64,000 nucleotides of DNA from Nitrosopumilaceae archaeon (GTDB lineage: Archaea > Thermoproteota > Nitrososphaeria > Nitrososphaerales > Nitrosopumilaceae), in the NCBI GenBank assembly GCA_965207375.1, contig CBDBMG010000003.1, forward strand, positions 576,001 through 640,000, given 5' to 3'. How positions within the stretch are numbered: the stretch's first letter is position 1; each line of letters starts with the position of its first letter. Under the pieces are notes generated by a model that did not search any database, had not been told where the DNA came from, and worked only from the letters and a program-made list of their open reading frames with translations. Below, piece after piece: positions 18,255 through 31,400 of this stretch. The translations under genes were made by a program, and so were the position numbers.

Positions 18255-18582
18255 GTTTGCATACGTATGTATATACGTACGTACATACATACATACATAC
18301 ATACGTACATACGTATGTACGTACTTACGTACGTACTCGTACGTACGTACTCGTATGTACGTACTCGTACGTACGTACATACCCGTATGTACGTACGTAC
18401 GTAGTACGTACGTACGTACGTACGTACATACATACATACATACCTACATACATACATACATACATACATACATACATACATACATACGTACAATACATAC
18501 ATACATACATACATACATACATACATACATACATACATACATACAGTACATACAGTACATACATACATACATACATACATAC
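18255..18582. repeat. (TACG)n/(TACA)n microsatellite
   Basis: Direct inspection; reverse-complementary (TATG)n array at 19030-19143. Confidence 0.95.
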
Positions 18583-20042
18583 AAACAAAGAAAAAAACAA
18601 CGGGCGCCTAAAATATTTTTTGATGGAGGAAGGAGTTGATAAGGCGTGTGCGGAAAACTCGTGTCATGGATATCAAACGACTTCAGGTCAACGATTCTTC
18701 ATACATTGAAGGTACTATTTGTTTAGTAAATGAGTGAATAGGTGCCATGGGGATGGTTTTTCGAGCGTAGGCGCACGAACGGACGCCATAAAACTCGCAA
18801 TGGCTGCTACTTAGGATTGGTGAGGCCGATTTCCTCCATTGTCGGTTTACTGATTCTATATAGTTAGAACGTGCTGAGTCCTTGATAACTAAGCGATAGC
18901 TTTCATGGCGGCTTATTTAGAGCGTTTACAAATTCAGAGCAGTGCTACGTGTAAATAACTCACTTGTTCGTCGCGTACGGCCTACTTCTTCTTGGCCTCG
19001 TGACTCACTATCGTGAGTCTTGATGTATATAGGTATGTATGTATGTATGTATGTATGTATGTATGTATGTATGTATGTATGTATGTATGTATGTATGTAT
19101 GTATGTATGTATGTATGTATGTATGTATGTATGTATGTATGTATTGTTTGTTTCTTTCTTTCTTTCATTTTCATCGCACACTTTTTCGTGGGCTTGCGGG
19201 AGTTTTGCGTGGGCTTGTGGGAGTTTTTCGTGAATCCCGGAAGTTTTTTCAAACTCTCTTTTTGTACATTCACTTGTTTGTCTACTAACTCACTCATGTC
19301 TTCATGGATTTCAGCCAAATTTGTATCAGCATTTCTCCAATTTATGCTCTACCTGTCATACTACTTTCAGCCTGAAGTAAACACTTGAATGTATTTGAAA
19401 AAGGCTATTACACTGCAGGTTGAAAGTTGCCATAACTTGGACCCCCTTGAAATGATTTGTAATAAACTTTCAGATATACAATCTATATTGATGTACCACT
19501 CTGTAGTAAAAATTAAAAAAATATTGTAGGCGTGAGTTTATCAAAATTAAGCTTCAAAGTTACATTTACAATACTGATTGTGTGCAGCATTGTAAATAGG
19601 TAGCTATGTGTGAATCAGCTGAGGTACTGAAAGCTTTATCTTTCTAACTATTTGAATGACATATGCCATTTTCTGAATGATCTATGGTGAAAGTCAATTG
19701 GCAAGTAGCAGCAGCAGCAACAGCATAAGGATGATGAAGCGAAGCTGAGTACTATCATGTTGTAGTAAGAATGCTAATTTTTAGCAACTTCTCCAACAAT
19801 TTCTTCATAACATTTCTTAGAATCTCTAACAAAAAGAAGTGATATGCTAAACAAAAACACCTTGGGTGTAAAAAAAGTGCAAGGCCAATCAGAAGCCACA
19901 ATGGTTATATAAGCGACCAAAAACTCTGATATCAAGTAAGGCCAAGAAGTTGAACATTTTATTAAGAATTCTTTCACTTGAATGACATACAATAGTTTAC
20001 AGGGCACTTTCACAACTATGATTGGCTTTGTCACTTGGCCAC
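18583..20042 (-). mobile_element. Family B HINE-like copy with its 3' part inverted
   Basis: 19145-20042 is the reverse complement of about 55710-56580, but 18583-19024 matches 56590-57037 in direct orientation, including the hairpin gactcac-tatc-gtgagtc. Confidence 0.85.
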
Positions 20043-20203
20043 TTATAATTTTAAACAATACTGATAAATTTTTGATATAATAACTTATACATAGCTACCT
20101 TAATTTGCTCAGTGAATTTGCATGTTTACACATTGTTATGTAATACGTAAGTTATTCACTCTAATTGTCCGTCTGCTTCACTTATCCCTTAACCATTTTA
20201 AGC

Positions 20204-21165
20204 ATACATGCCTTCCATATTGGCTCACAATCGGGCATTATGTCTTATGAAGGCTGAGTATCTAGTGACTGTACCCTTGACAGCGATAAATATATTGTGG
20301 GATTCGATTATTTTACATTGGTAGTTATACTGTTTCACTTGGAGGCCTCAATCCAACTAATTATAGTCATTGATGGACCTTTGTTTATTGATTTCTTACG
20401 TACGCATACATGGCTCAATATTATATATGTCTGATACTCCAATATCTGACTATCCTATTACAGAAACATAAAGAGTAGTAAAACCTGACCACTTTAATAG
20501 ACTGTTGGACTGTTCTATTAGAGTGTATTGAGTTTCCTGCAGGTTTTTCATAATATTAATTTACTTGCAAAATTCCTAGAATTACAATTCTTTTCATTAT
20601 GCTATACCGTACTCGTACAAATTTTCGAGGGACGTATATTTCGCGAATGCCACAAATTCAGCATTTTCGCGATTTTATTTTCGAGGATCACAGGATTTTG
20701 TATTGGTAGATTATGTGGGCACTATATTAATTTGAGGATTTAATTTTCGTGGACCACACGTTATCCGCGAAAACAGCGAAATTTACGTCCCTCGAAAATT
20801 TGTACGAGTACGGTAAGTTATTCTGGTACAATTACCGCAGCCTTATGTGGTACAACGTGTATGAGACAAACAATAGCTATAGTCAGGTTTTACTATTCTT
20901 TATGTTACTGTAATAGAACAGTCAGATATTGGAGTAATGAAGTATCAGACATGTATAATATTGAGCCATGTATGCGTATGTAAGAAATCAATAAACAAAG
21001 GTCCAGTAATTAGTTGGATTGAGACCTCCAAGTGAAACAGTATAACTACCAATGTAAATAATCGAATCCCACAATACATTTATCGCTGCCAAGGGTACAG
21101 TCACTAGATGCTCAGCCTTCGTAAGACCTACTGCCTGATTGTGAGCCGATATGGAAGGCATGTAT
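20204..21165. repeat. Foldback structure with about 285-bp inverted arms (20204-20490 / 20882-21165)
   Basis: atacatgccttccatattggctcacaatc...gtaaaacctgac mirrored by gtcaggttttac...gattgtgagccgatatggaaggcatgtat. Confidence 0.85.
20607..20813. mobile_element. Young TA-flanked MITE (Tc1/mariner/pogo-like)
   Basis: Perfect 29-bp TIR ccgtactcgtacaaattttcgagggacgt; TA on both sides. Confidence 0.9.
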
Positions 21166-21393
21166 ATAAACTTCTTTAAAACTACTTTATGTTTATAATT
21201 GTGATTAGCTTTATTTGTGATAAAATATTGTATCGTGATATAGCTAAGCATCATGATGTACAGTTATATAAAAATATTATCACTAATCATTACCATACAG
21301 TAGTTATATAGAGTTATAAATGTATACTTCACCAGTATTTGGCATACCACATATACAAGCAATATTGGCACTTCTACTCAGAATTCATTGTGA

Positions 21394-23272
21394 TTATCTG
21401 CATACAAGGTCTTTCTTTTCAGGACAAGAATTTCTTAAAGAGAACGCTTTTAGTGATCCTCCCATGTTAGTTATTAAAGCTGAAGTGTATGGACCAGCTC
21501 CAGAGAAGTTGTTAGTATAACACATCACTGGTGACTGTTGGTAGTGATCATTCACTGACACTGGAATAGTTTGCACCTTGCAGCCATTTAGTAGTGACCA
21601 CACATTAATGCTTGACTGACTTGCTAACAAAGTACAAATAATATAATGCAAACATGTAAAATGTGTAGTTATAAAATTATATACATACGTAGCTACATGC
21701 CTATGAACTACGTACATACAGCTACATAGCTATGTACATACGCAACACAATTTTACACTAGTAAAATGTGCGTACATAAGTATGTATACATTAGCTACAC
21801 ATACGTACTTAGCTATGTATAGTCTAGTACGATTACTGTGATAATATGCATACGTACATACGTATATTAGCTATATAGCTGTAGTTCCAATATAATGTAC
21901 ACATGTAGCAGCACTATGGCTATGTAGCAAACAAACAAAACTTACCAGAAAATAACAATGTTTCTTCACTATCAATAATACTCTTTGTATAGTTAAAAGT
22001 TGATTCATCTGTCACACCATGAGAGAATGGTAACACTACTCTCATTATCCTCAAGTCCCACTGTAATAGCTACAATTATTATCAAAGTGTAATATTTGGC
22101 CATCAATAATATACCATATAGCGCAAAGTTTGATGGTGGAAAACTTTGACAAATTTAACAAAAGGATAGCAATTCATCAAACCTTTTCCTGCCAACCTTC
22201 TTTTAATGCATCTCCTTTGAAACCCACAATCAGTTCGTCAAAATTTTGCTCGTCAAGTTTCAGTCATCAAAGTTTTTCCCTATCAAATTTTTGTGCTATA
22301 CAGTATACGCATCTTATCCAAGATGCCCAAGGTATATGAAATCAAAATGGGTGGATGAAGAAGGCCAGTGTAGACTAATGTTAATACTGATGGAAATTAA
22401 ATTTTAATAATCACAATTCAGACTGCAAAACATTAAGTTATCACAAGAGTTCATAATAAAAGAAGGGAGAGCTCTTGGTTATCAATTTGTGAAAATTATT
22501 GCCCAGTGGCCTTGGCTGCCCATTTTGATTTCACAACTTTTCATCTAATGGACACAACCTTTGGTGTTTTAGTTAAATTGGTTGAGATTTAATGTCTTTT
22601 AAAACAGTGATTTTAATGTATAAACTACGTAGCTAAAAGTAATCGCACACAAATAAACCTAAACATAGAAGAACTGTTGATATGATTATCCACAACTTTA
22701 GTATGTACCATACAATTATAGTACACAACTCACTTTTCCATTGGCTGAAGTAGATATCAAATAATTCTCATCACGTAACATCTTGAGGCAAGTGACAGAG
22801 TTACCAATCCTAACATAAACTTGGAGCTTAATGACAGGTGTACTATCACCATCAATGTTCCTAATGTCCCATAGCAAAATCTCTCCACTTCTGGTCCCAC
22901 AGGCAATGTAAGGTGTCTACAAGTGATAGTTACGTATATGTGCATATATATTCGTACTGTATATGTACGTACGTACAATGAGAAAAATTATGTATTTTCC
23001 TACTAAAAATCATGAATTAAAATAAAATTTGTGTTGATCTATCCTGATACCACACAATCTTTATGTTTCATAGCTATAGCTATATGTACAATAGTCCATC
23101 AGGGAGCTTCTATATGTGTGGTATAGCTATTAGAGATTTAGACAGAAGATAACAGGTTATATAGTTCATACCATTGTTCCTAGTTGAGTAGATAGTACAT
23201 GACTATTAGTGTATATGTGTTCTAAATATTGATCCACTTGAATACTTCTTAAACATATACCTTTGTGACCAC
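21394..23272 (-). CDS. DCAF4: DDB1- and CUL4-associated factor 4-like WD40 protein, last four coding exons (23272-23172, 22916-22734, 22069-21946, 21623-21394)
   Basis: Phase-consistent spliced translation ...YTNSHVLSTQLGTM|TPYIACGTRSGEILLWDIR...SVTCLKMLRDENYLISTSANGK|LLQWDLR...IDSEETLLFS|ASQSSINVWSLLNGCKVQTIP... resembles the DCAF4 C-terminus as I recall it (TNSDVLAQQF, NGCRSGEI, SVRILQDEQYL, LWDLR, IWSL). 5' exons not located. Confidence 0.85.
22112..22305. mobile_element. TA-flanked MITE in a DCAF4 intron
   Basis: Degenerate TIRs taccatatagcgcaaagtttga / tcaaatttttgtgctatacagta. Confidence 0.65.
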
Positions 23273-23292
23273 CTACGTAGATAGGAGTGGTG

Positions 23293-23330
<38 letters not shown>

Positions 23331-24502
23331 ACAGTATATTCCATGTTATTCAAGCAGTTCAATAAATACATATTATTTCACAGTGGGAGTTTTGATAACC
23401 ATCATGACCGACAATGATACGTAGATGCATGTGAGTACAGTTTGTTATTCAAGCAGTATAATACATTTTATTACGTACAGTGGAAGTTTTGTTAACCATG
23501 GTGACCAACACTTCCGTTCAACATGGTGACCAACACTACCAACACTGCAGTTTTGTTAACCAACACTGCCGTTCATAGAATAAAAGCCATGGCCAGTTAT
23601 ATAAAATAGAATTGGTAACTGGTAGTATGTCTGTGTTATTTGAGACAAATAAATTTGTTTAACAGGTTATTACTATTTCATTTCACTGTGACTAATAGCT
23701 TGGGGGCGGACACATGCATACATCAATTTCAAGAAACCAGGCCTGGTTTCAAAAGAGCAAGTGTCCAACCATAATATGTGACTGAAAAATGGTTCCAAAT
23801 CACAAATTTGTATTTGGTTATATTTATCACTACCATATGAACAGTATCATATTCCAAAATACTTCATAATAGTATGTGGAATTCATGGCTAAAATTCCGA
23901 GAAATATTCTAGAATTATATATGCATAAATAGAAATACATGCAGAAATACACTGAATTACATGTGTGATTTGGAACTATTTTCCAAAATCCGGTCCAGCT
24001 CTGGGAAAACCCACCATGTTCGCACTTGGTAATATTTCGAGAAATACCATTTTAAAATATTCAATTGATTAAAACAATCTGCTGCCTGTAGCTGGCCATT
24101 TAATATTATAGCAGCAAAAACACACCAATCTATTAGCTTTCATATAGCTAACCTTGTTGATGTCTGATGGCTGGATTTCAGGGCTTTTGAAATGATTTTT
24201 TTCTGGTGTGTACTAATTTCAGGCCAGCGTAGTAAGGGGTGGGCAGGTGGGATGGAGGGGAGGGAGGAGGCCCCAGCAAACCATTAAGCTCTGTTTAGAG
24301 CAGGAAAAGCCACCAAAAGTAGCCAGAAGGTGCCCATACCACATCACAAGGCCATAAGGGATATCTAGCTAGCAGTGGGAGCAGTTTCATGTCTCATCTG
24401 GTTATGGCACACTCAGACCATTAATACATAGTGTTGCAACATTTCAACACAAAAGGTTGCACAAACACAACCAGGGATTGGCTGTTGTTACTAGTGGTTT
24501 CA

Positions 24503-24588
<86 letters not shown>

Positions 24589-25175
24589 TATGTACTCTAA
24601 AGGTATCCTTGACGAAGTGTCAGCATATGTGACCGGCTCTGTGAAAACCCTCCACTTTTGCACAAAAACTGATATCCATTTTATTACACAAGATTATAAC
24701 TACACTCAGGGACTATCCGTACACAGTGTCTCTATTGGCCAATGTGAAGCGGTCTGCTTTTCTGGAGGGCATTTTGCCGACCCTGTAAAGTCACGAATGT
24801 GATAATGGCACCAATGGAAGGCACCAATTGGGTGTGAAAAATTATATCGTGTTATCATTATATATGTTATAGTTATATCACGAGTGTGATATCATTGTTA
24901 TTACACTTGGAGGATGAGTGTTAATAACAATGATATCGCCATGTCCTGATATTTTTTCTTTTGCTCCTTCACCCAAGTTTTGAATAGGCCCTCTCTCGAA
25001 GTTAAATGACTGTTAAGGCCATAGCGAGTGAGCATCGTGGCTTGTATCACAGCCCTAACAAGAAACATTTTGTACTATAACAATGATCCATATAATTATA
25101 TACATAAATGTAGCCATTAAGGATTATGTACATAGGTGGTTAAACCAAACTATTTAATTTCGTATGAGTGACTAC

Positions 25176-25563
25176 TAGTGCTGGGACAAATGGTAGAATA
25201 TTCGAACATTCATTCGTTAAGTAACTTTCAACAAATATTTTGTTTTACCAAACCTTCGTAACTATGGCAATTACTAAGTTCTAAGTAATTACTTTTAATT
25301 TGTAGATTCAAAAATTCAGAAAAGAGGTTTGAAAATTGCATTTCAACTTGTGTTGTGACACTATCTCTGTACATTTCTTATTTATTATGCAGAGAAAGTG
25401 TCACAATATAAGTTAAGTTTTAAGTTCCTAACCTATTTTCTGTTATTAAACTGAACAAATGTTCTTATAAGAAATGAATCAAGTGAAACAAACTATTCGA
25501 ACATTCATTCGTTTCAATAATAGAACCTTCGAATGTGGAAAATATACATTCGTCCTAGCACTA
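25176..25563. mobile_element. hAT-like MITE
   Basis: TIRs tagtgctgggac / gtcctagcacta; perfect 8-bp TSD GTGACTAC. Confidence 0.9.
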
Positions 25564-26231
25564 GTGACTACCCAAAATTGAATCTAACACTTTTAATGTA
25601 AATATCTGGGCAGTATTTCTCTGCAACCCATTTCAATTTTGGGATGGTACAGAACAAAGGTGTTACATATCTTATCACACTGGTTTCACCACATATAATG
25701 CATGTGCTGATTCATCCTAGGATATGTGGTAATTTTCTATGTTCTCTACCATCCTTGGCTAGCATCAACCAACACACACTAGACTTAAGGTGTGAACATA
25801 AAACATTAAATGTACCATACATTTACTCTTCCAACCCCACATAAATCCCTTTACTGCAATAACCTGGTAAACCCATCTATGTACATGCTAGAAAAACAAT
25901 TTGCAGAGAAGGTTCAACTAGATTTTAAAACTCTTGTTCCGAGCTTCTAATAATTTCAGGCACCTATATATTAAGATTGCATCTGAAATAAGCCAACATG
26001 TCAAAGAAGGACCAAGCCCCTTTGCACTTTAGAGTAGTGACGACATTCTGTAGCAGCTATAATCAACATACGTACACAAGATGATATTACCTTAATCATA
26101 CAAGTGAAATACATACAAGCTGGCTATATAGCTACGTATCAGCAGCAAATAAAAGTTGTGGATTATATAATTAGTCCATACAGACAGTTTAGTAAATATC
26201 GTATGTAGGTCCACTGAGCATTTTCAAATGT

Positions 26232-27056
26232 TTACAATACACTTAAAACAGAATTAAGTACCAAATCCAGTGGCAACACTTTCCGGCATTTTAAAGATGT
26301 ACATGTTGCCATCACAAAGTCAGGTCAGTTTGAGCAATCTCGTTTCATTTAACTTGTCTACTTCGATGATGATCCCATAAATGGTGGCCTGGTTGATCAG
26401 TATTCCCTGTGCCAAAACTTCCATGGCCATGGACGTTACTACTGCTGACATATTACGTAAACACTCCGATTCGGGGTAATCTCCCTCATCAGTTAATTTT
26501 ATTTCACTCACTAACCCTTTTATCACCTCTACAGTGGGGACATCCTTAACAACAGACACCACACAGCATCTCATCACTCCTGGAGGCACCAATTGATCTT
26601 TACGAATGACTAGATCAGACTTAGACTTCGCATACTCATTTACCTCTTCGGGTAAAATTCCCTTACCAAGATTCTTGATGTTTTCTTTCCTAGGTACCAC
26701 AATGTACTCATCTGGTAACACCTTTACAAAGTACTCGTATATCCAGTCATTAAATGGTATCTCTGAGTTTACATTCTTCTTAGCCATGTGTAGTTCTCTC
26801 TTTCTTTCGTATAGGGCACATTTAAGGTCTGCCACTGTACCTGTTATGGTACCATCTGTCATTTCGGTATTATCCTGTCCATCATTTTGTCTACATCTAT
26901 GACGGAGACTACATCACGACCTAGCACCTTCTCCAGTTCAGCCTTTCTGATAAATTTGTCTCTGTATGTAGTCAAATTTTCAAGATCAATACCAGGAAGC
27001 ATAGCATTAATGATACTATTAAGTACTACCGTACTTAATGATATTAAGCCCATCAT
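26232..27056 (-). pseudogene. Intronless PD-(D/E)xK restriction-endonuclease-fold-like ORF with two apparent frameshifts
   Basis: ORFs 27056-26859 and 26862-26320 abut; motif order SKSDLVI...VSEIKL...ECLRNM..IYGIII; a shifted tail DFVMATCTSLKCRKVLPLDLVLNSVLSVL* ends at 26232. Fold assignment is motif inference. Confidence 0.5.
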
Positions 27057-27289
27057 GAAAGTATTTAAAAGAACCTGGCTAGCTTAATGGTTAGTTACCT
27101 GCACAATGAGCCCATCCAATATCATTCTCCCTATATATCTTTAACACGATTGGAAGTAGAGATTTTATAGCTAGTCACTATTCAAACTTTCTTGATTTCA
27201 GATTTCAATGTTTTAATGATTTCAAATAAGATTTCAGGTAGAGTGTACAAGATTTGGCAATACTCAGCCTCTATAGCTACCTACTGTTG

Positions 27290-27880
27290 ACCTTGAAAAT
27301 GACCTTGGAGTGTTTATTGATAATCGGCTAAAATTTCATCACCATACTGCTACCATTGCCAAAGCAAACTGTGTTCTAGCTATCATTAACAAGTCCTTTG
27401 CCAGTCTAGATGTATAGATTACAATTAATGTTTCCCATCAGTTTTGTATAAAGCACTAGTTCGACCAATACTTGAATATGCGAATGCCATCTGGGGTCCC
27501 TTCTTTGTCACTCATAAGATTTCCATTGAGAAAGTTCAGAAATGTGCCAAAGATGGTCTCAACCATTAAGAACTTACCTATACCCTGGCTATATAATGAA
27601 TATTTAAAATTACCATCTTTGTAGCTACTACCGCTGCAAGAGAGGTGATATGATTCTACTGTGCCAAATCTTTCATAGATAGATTGACATTATACTAGAA
27701 CCCCTCCAATATTTTTACCCCTGCAACAATCAGCACAATCATGCAGAGGACATAATTTTAAGAATTTCAAATCTCACTCTCAATATTTAACCAGATCTAA
27801 CTTTTAGTATTCGTGTATGATTAATGAATGCCGCCTAGCTAAATTAATAAATCCTTATTGGATGAACACTGGAAAAACTT
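27290..27880 (+). mobile_element. Decayed CR1/L2-group LINE, 3' fragment
   Basis: DLGVFIDNRLKFHHH, LYKALVRPILEYANAIWGP, IEKVQ, RGDMIL, RGHNFK motifs with frameshifts. Confidence 0.8.
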
Positions 27881-28247
27881 CATAATTTATTAGAGCAAAG
27901 GAAGTTGCGTGCAATCATATACGTTACGCGTATTATGCGGCCGGGATTTTGAAGGTGAAAAAATCGTACACGTGTTTGTCATCAAACATTCGCTTCCAAG
28001 CTTTGGCTTTTATCTTAACTCGTAGCTAACCATATAGCTCCATGCTGAATCCTTTTTTGAAGCTTGCTATCGATCACAGCTGCAGTTAGCTACTTTGCCA
28101 AAAAAGGAATTGAAATACACGGCGCGCGTCTGATATAACTAAATTGCCTAATGCGTTTATCTTATACCAAAACTATCGTTCTCTATTAAACTTTCCGTAT
28201 AAATTGTGAACTATCGTTCTCTATTAAACTTCTTTCCGTATAAATTG

Positions 28248-28338
28248 TAGCCTCACGTAGCCAGCCCGCTTTTTCCCTTTTTTATTTATGCGCCCCCACA
28301 AATAAAACGGGAAAAAGCGGACTGGCTATGCGAGACTA
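28248..28338. mobile_element. 91-bp hairpin MITE with TAG..CTA ends and a 9-bp TSD (Academ-like or MULE-like)
   Basis: tagcctcacgtagccagcccgctttttccc / gggaaaaagcggactggctatgcgagacta; TSD TATAAATTG on both sides. Confidence 0.75.
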
Positions 28339-28720
28339 TATAAATTGTGATAGTACAAGATTTAACTTACTACGTAATTCGTTTAGCTTAACTTACGTAA
28401 CTTTTCCTGGTATCCCGGCACCTTAAAATAACCATACACGGCAAAATAACCGTACAATGAAAATAACCATACACGATTATAGGTAAGTGTATATATAATC
28501 TATGATTCGTACAAGTTAGATAATTAGTCTGATTGAAGCCACCTAACGCCAATCATAATAATATTATTATATTAAATAATATTTTTAGGCTTTTCAGTTT
28601 CCGTAACATTTCCGTATTTTGTTACATGCCAAGTATATGCTTCCAGGTTTATACGGTATAGCTAGCATACACAATGCACTTACTGGTATAATATGCTACT
28701 AGACAGATGTTTCAACATCG

Positions 28721-29764
28721 TGGGGCAAGCCTTCGCGACATATATATACATGTATGCATATAGTTAACATTATACATTCCAAGGTCATGTTGTGTTTGTG
28801 AGACATTATTGTTTTCTAAGGTGATGATATAATGGAGGTAACTATATAGTTTTCTTGTGTAAAAGTAATAATCACAAGTGACAAGATCAGTGACTGGTGA
28901 TGCTGATAATTGTCTCTCTGAGTATAGTCTCTATGATGAAGCACAAGATGACATATGTATGCATCCTAGTTACATGCCTCTTGCATAATTACATTAGCTA
29001 TTGATGTATTTAGAACTTAGTATTAAAATAGTACAATTAGTCTGCTTTGTTAATTAAGTTTCTAATCTCTCCTCTCGTTGCTCAGATGCTTCACTTTGCT
29101 CTCTCTCTCCTGCGTATAGTCGCCTTTCTCGCTGCTCGTAATTCTCGGTTGCTGTCGATAGCTCCTTTCTTTCTCTCTCCTTCTACGTAGTCACTCTTCT
29201 CACTGCTCGTCATTCTGTTGCTGTCGATTGTTCATTTCCCTCTCTCCTTCTACGCAGTCGCTCTTCTCGCTGCTCGTCATTCTGTTATCGGGTGTTATCG
29301 ATTGTTCATGTCTTCTACGTAGTTGCTGCGTGAATTCGCTGTTGTGAAAACATATCACTACGATTTTCTCCCTTTGTCAGAAGTTATACGTAACCATCTA
29401 TACTGAGATCTACATACGTCCAGAGAAGTAGCGCAGATATGCATAAGCGCATATAAGTGTTTGTATGCGTAAGCCACATAACTGTTTATAATGGTGCTTA
29501 GATTGGAAATATCATAACTTTATCTCTTTGTCAGTCGTGAGTATACCGATATATCTAGACCGTGTGACGTACTGTATGCATATTTGCGTATTAACTCGCG
29601 TAGACACTGAGAAGTAGCTACATGCCATAGTGCTTACAATTAGAATTACCTACGTAGCGCTTACAATTAGAGTGACGTACGACGTACGTACGCCGTACCA
29701 TCAGAATGCAGTGATTTCAACTCGATACACCATTTATGTTGGGCTCGCTAAGGCTCGCCCCAAT
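28721..29764. mobile_element. Helitron-derived element with decayed E-Q-R-E-E-R-L peptide repeats
   Basis: Ends tggggcaagcct / gggctcgctaaggctcgcccca; about 63-bp tandem units at 29060-29330 read on the minus strand as NDEQREERLRRRRE, like STPR-type repeats of RepHel N-termini. Confidence 0.5.
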
Positions 29765-30334
29765 AATCATTTATTTGCTACATATCGATGTGGAATACAT
29801 ACAATGTGCTGTTACATTGTAGCTATAGCTAGCTACAGTGTAGCAGGATAGCTACGATATCGAGTTGTTGTCAGTTTCAACCAGCCCATGCATGCACAAA
29901 CTATAGTCTATATAATCCATACTAGGTAATCATTCGCTATATATGTAGCTAGCTAGTTATATTATGGTAGTGACTTTTTGGCTTCCATTGAAATCATTGT
30001 GTTGCGTGTATGCGCATGCATGTGCTATAATAGCGGCTAACTATAGCCTGCAACATACTTTACGCATGCACAGTATCTGAGTCAGTCCTTGCTCCAGTTG
30101 AATTCCCTCAGCGTAAAATGACAATTTGCCTGGCGTAGCTATATAGATGTGGCTATTTGATATAGCCATGTCTACTACAACTGTTATATATAGTATATAT
30201 TTTAAATGACGTAATGTAATGTTACGCCTTATTGAGAGTATCCAATTAAGCACATGACATAACTTGTATAGATAATTCTATTTTTAGGTGGGTAAATTTA
30301 TCTTCGAAATGAGTGGGCGATCAATCACCGGACA

Positions 30335-31400
30335 TTTAAGATTTAAGATTAAATACTGGGCAGTCAGCTCAGCTGGTTTGCTCAGGGGGTGAAAACCCCA
30401 AATAGTACAATCATAGATACAATCAATTATAAAAATTTTAGTTAAGTAAGTGGATAAATTCGTCCAAGTCTCTTGATTCTATAATACTAATTGGTAGATT
30501 ATTCCAATCTTTAATAGTTCTTGAATAGAAACTATACTTATAAGTATTAAGAGTAACTTGTGGCAGGGTAAAGTGATTTGGATGGTGTTGTCGTGTGTGA
30601 AATTGGGTTCTTTGATAGTATTTAATTATTTTATAAAATAATGTTAACCTTGATAATTGACGACGCTGTTGTAATGTAGGTATATTGAGAACAGACAACA
30701 ATGATGTAACACTGGTAGTTCTAGAGTATTCAGATAAAATCCATCGAGCAGCTCTTCTTTGTATTTTTTCTAGCTTATAAATGTCAGTGTCGTAATACGG
30801 ATCCCATGCAGATAGGAGCAGCATATTCCATAATAGGTCTAACTAGTGTTAGATAGGCTGTTTTTTTAGTGTCAAGTGGACAACTATTAAGATTTCGTTT
30901 AATAAAATTCAGCACTTTAGTTGATCTATTACTGTATGTGTGATGACCATGACATAGTATTATCAATTCCTACACCAAGATATGTATATAGTTTCTTTAT
31001 CTCTAAATTATGACCCATTAAAGTATATGCATATTGTATGGGAATCGGGGAACGGGTACAGCGTAGCACGGCACATTTATCAATATTTAATTTCATTTGC
31101 CATTTGTTGGTCCATTCACATATTTTACATAGGTCTTCTTGTAACTGTTCCGCATCTTCTAGTGATGTAATAGACTTATAAATAACACAGTCATCGGCAA
31201 ATAGTCAAACGGAAGATGTAATGTTTTCATTTATATCATTAATATACACAAGAAACATAAGGGAGCCTAAAACTGTACCCTGTGGCACCCCAGACTTAAC
31301 AGGCTAGATGATTCTCCATCAACCATTACTCTTTGATATCTTTCTGTCAGCCAGGAGGAGATCCACTGAAGAAGAGGCCCTTGTACACCGTAAAATCTCA
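30335..31400 (-). mobile_element. 5'-truncated CR1/L2-group LINE (RT domain and 3' end), pseudogenised
   Basis: [50 protein letters not shown]; short (aatctta) tail near 30335-30352. Confidence 0.9.

Noticed and set aside
25640-26060. Coding-like minus-strand stretch upstream of the DCAF4 exons
   Set aside because: Multiple stops in the candidate frame and no recognisable motif.
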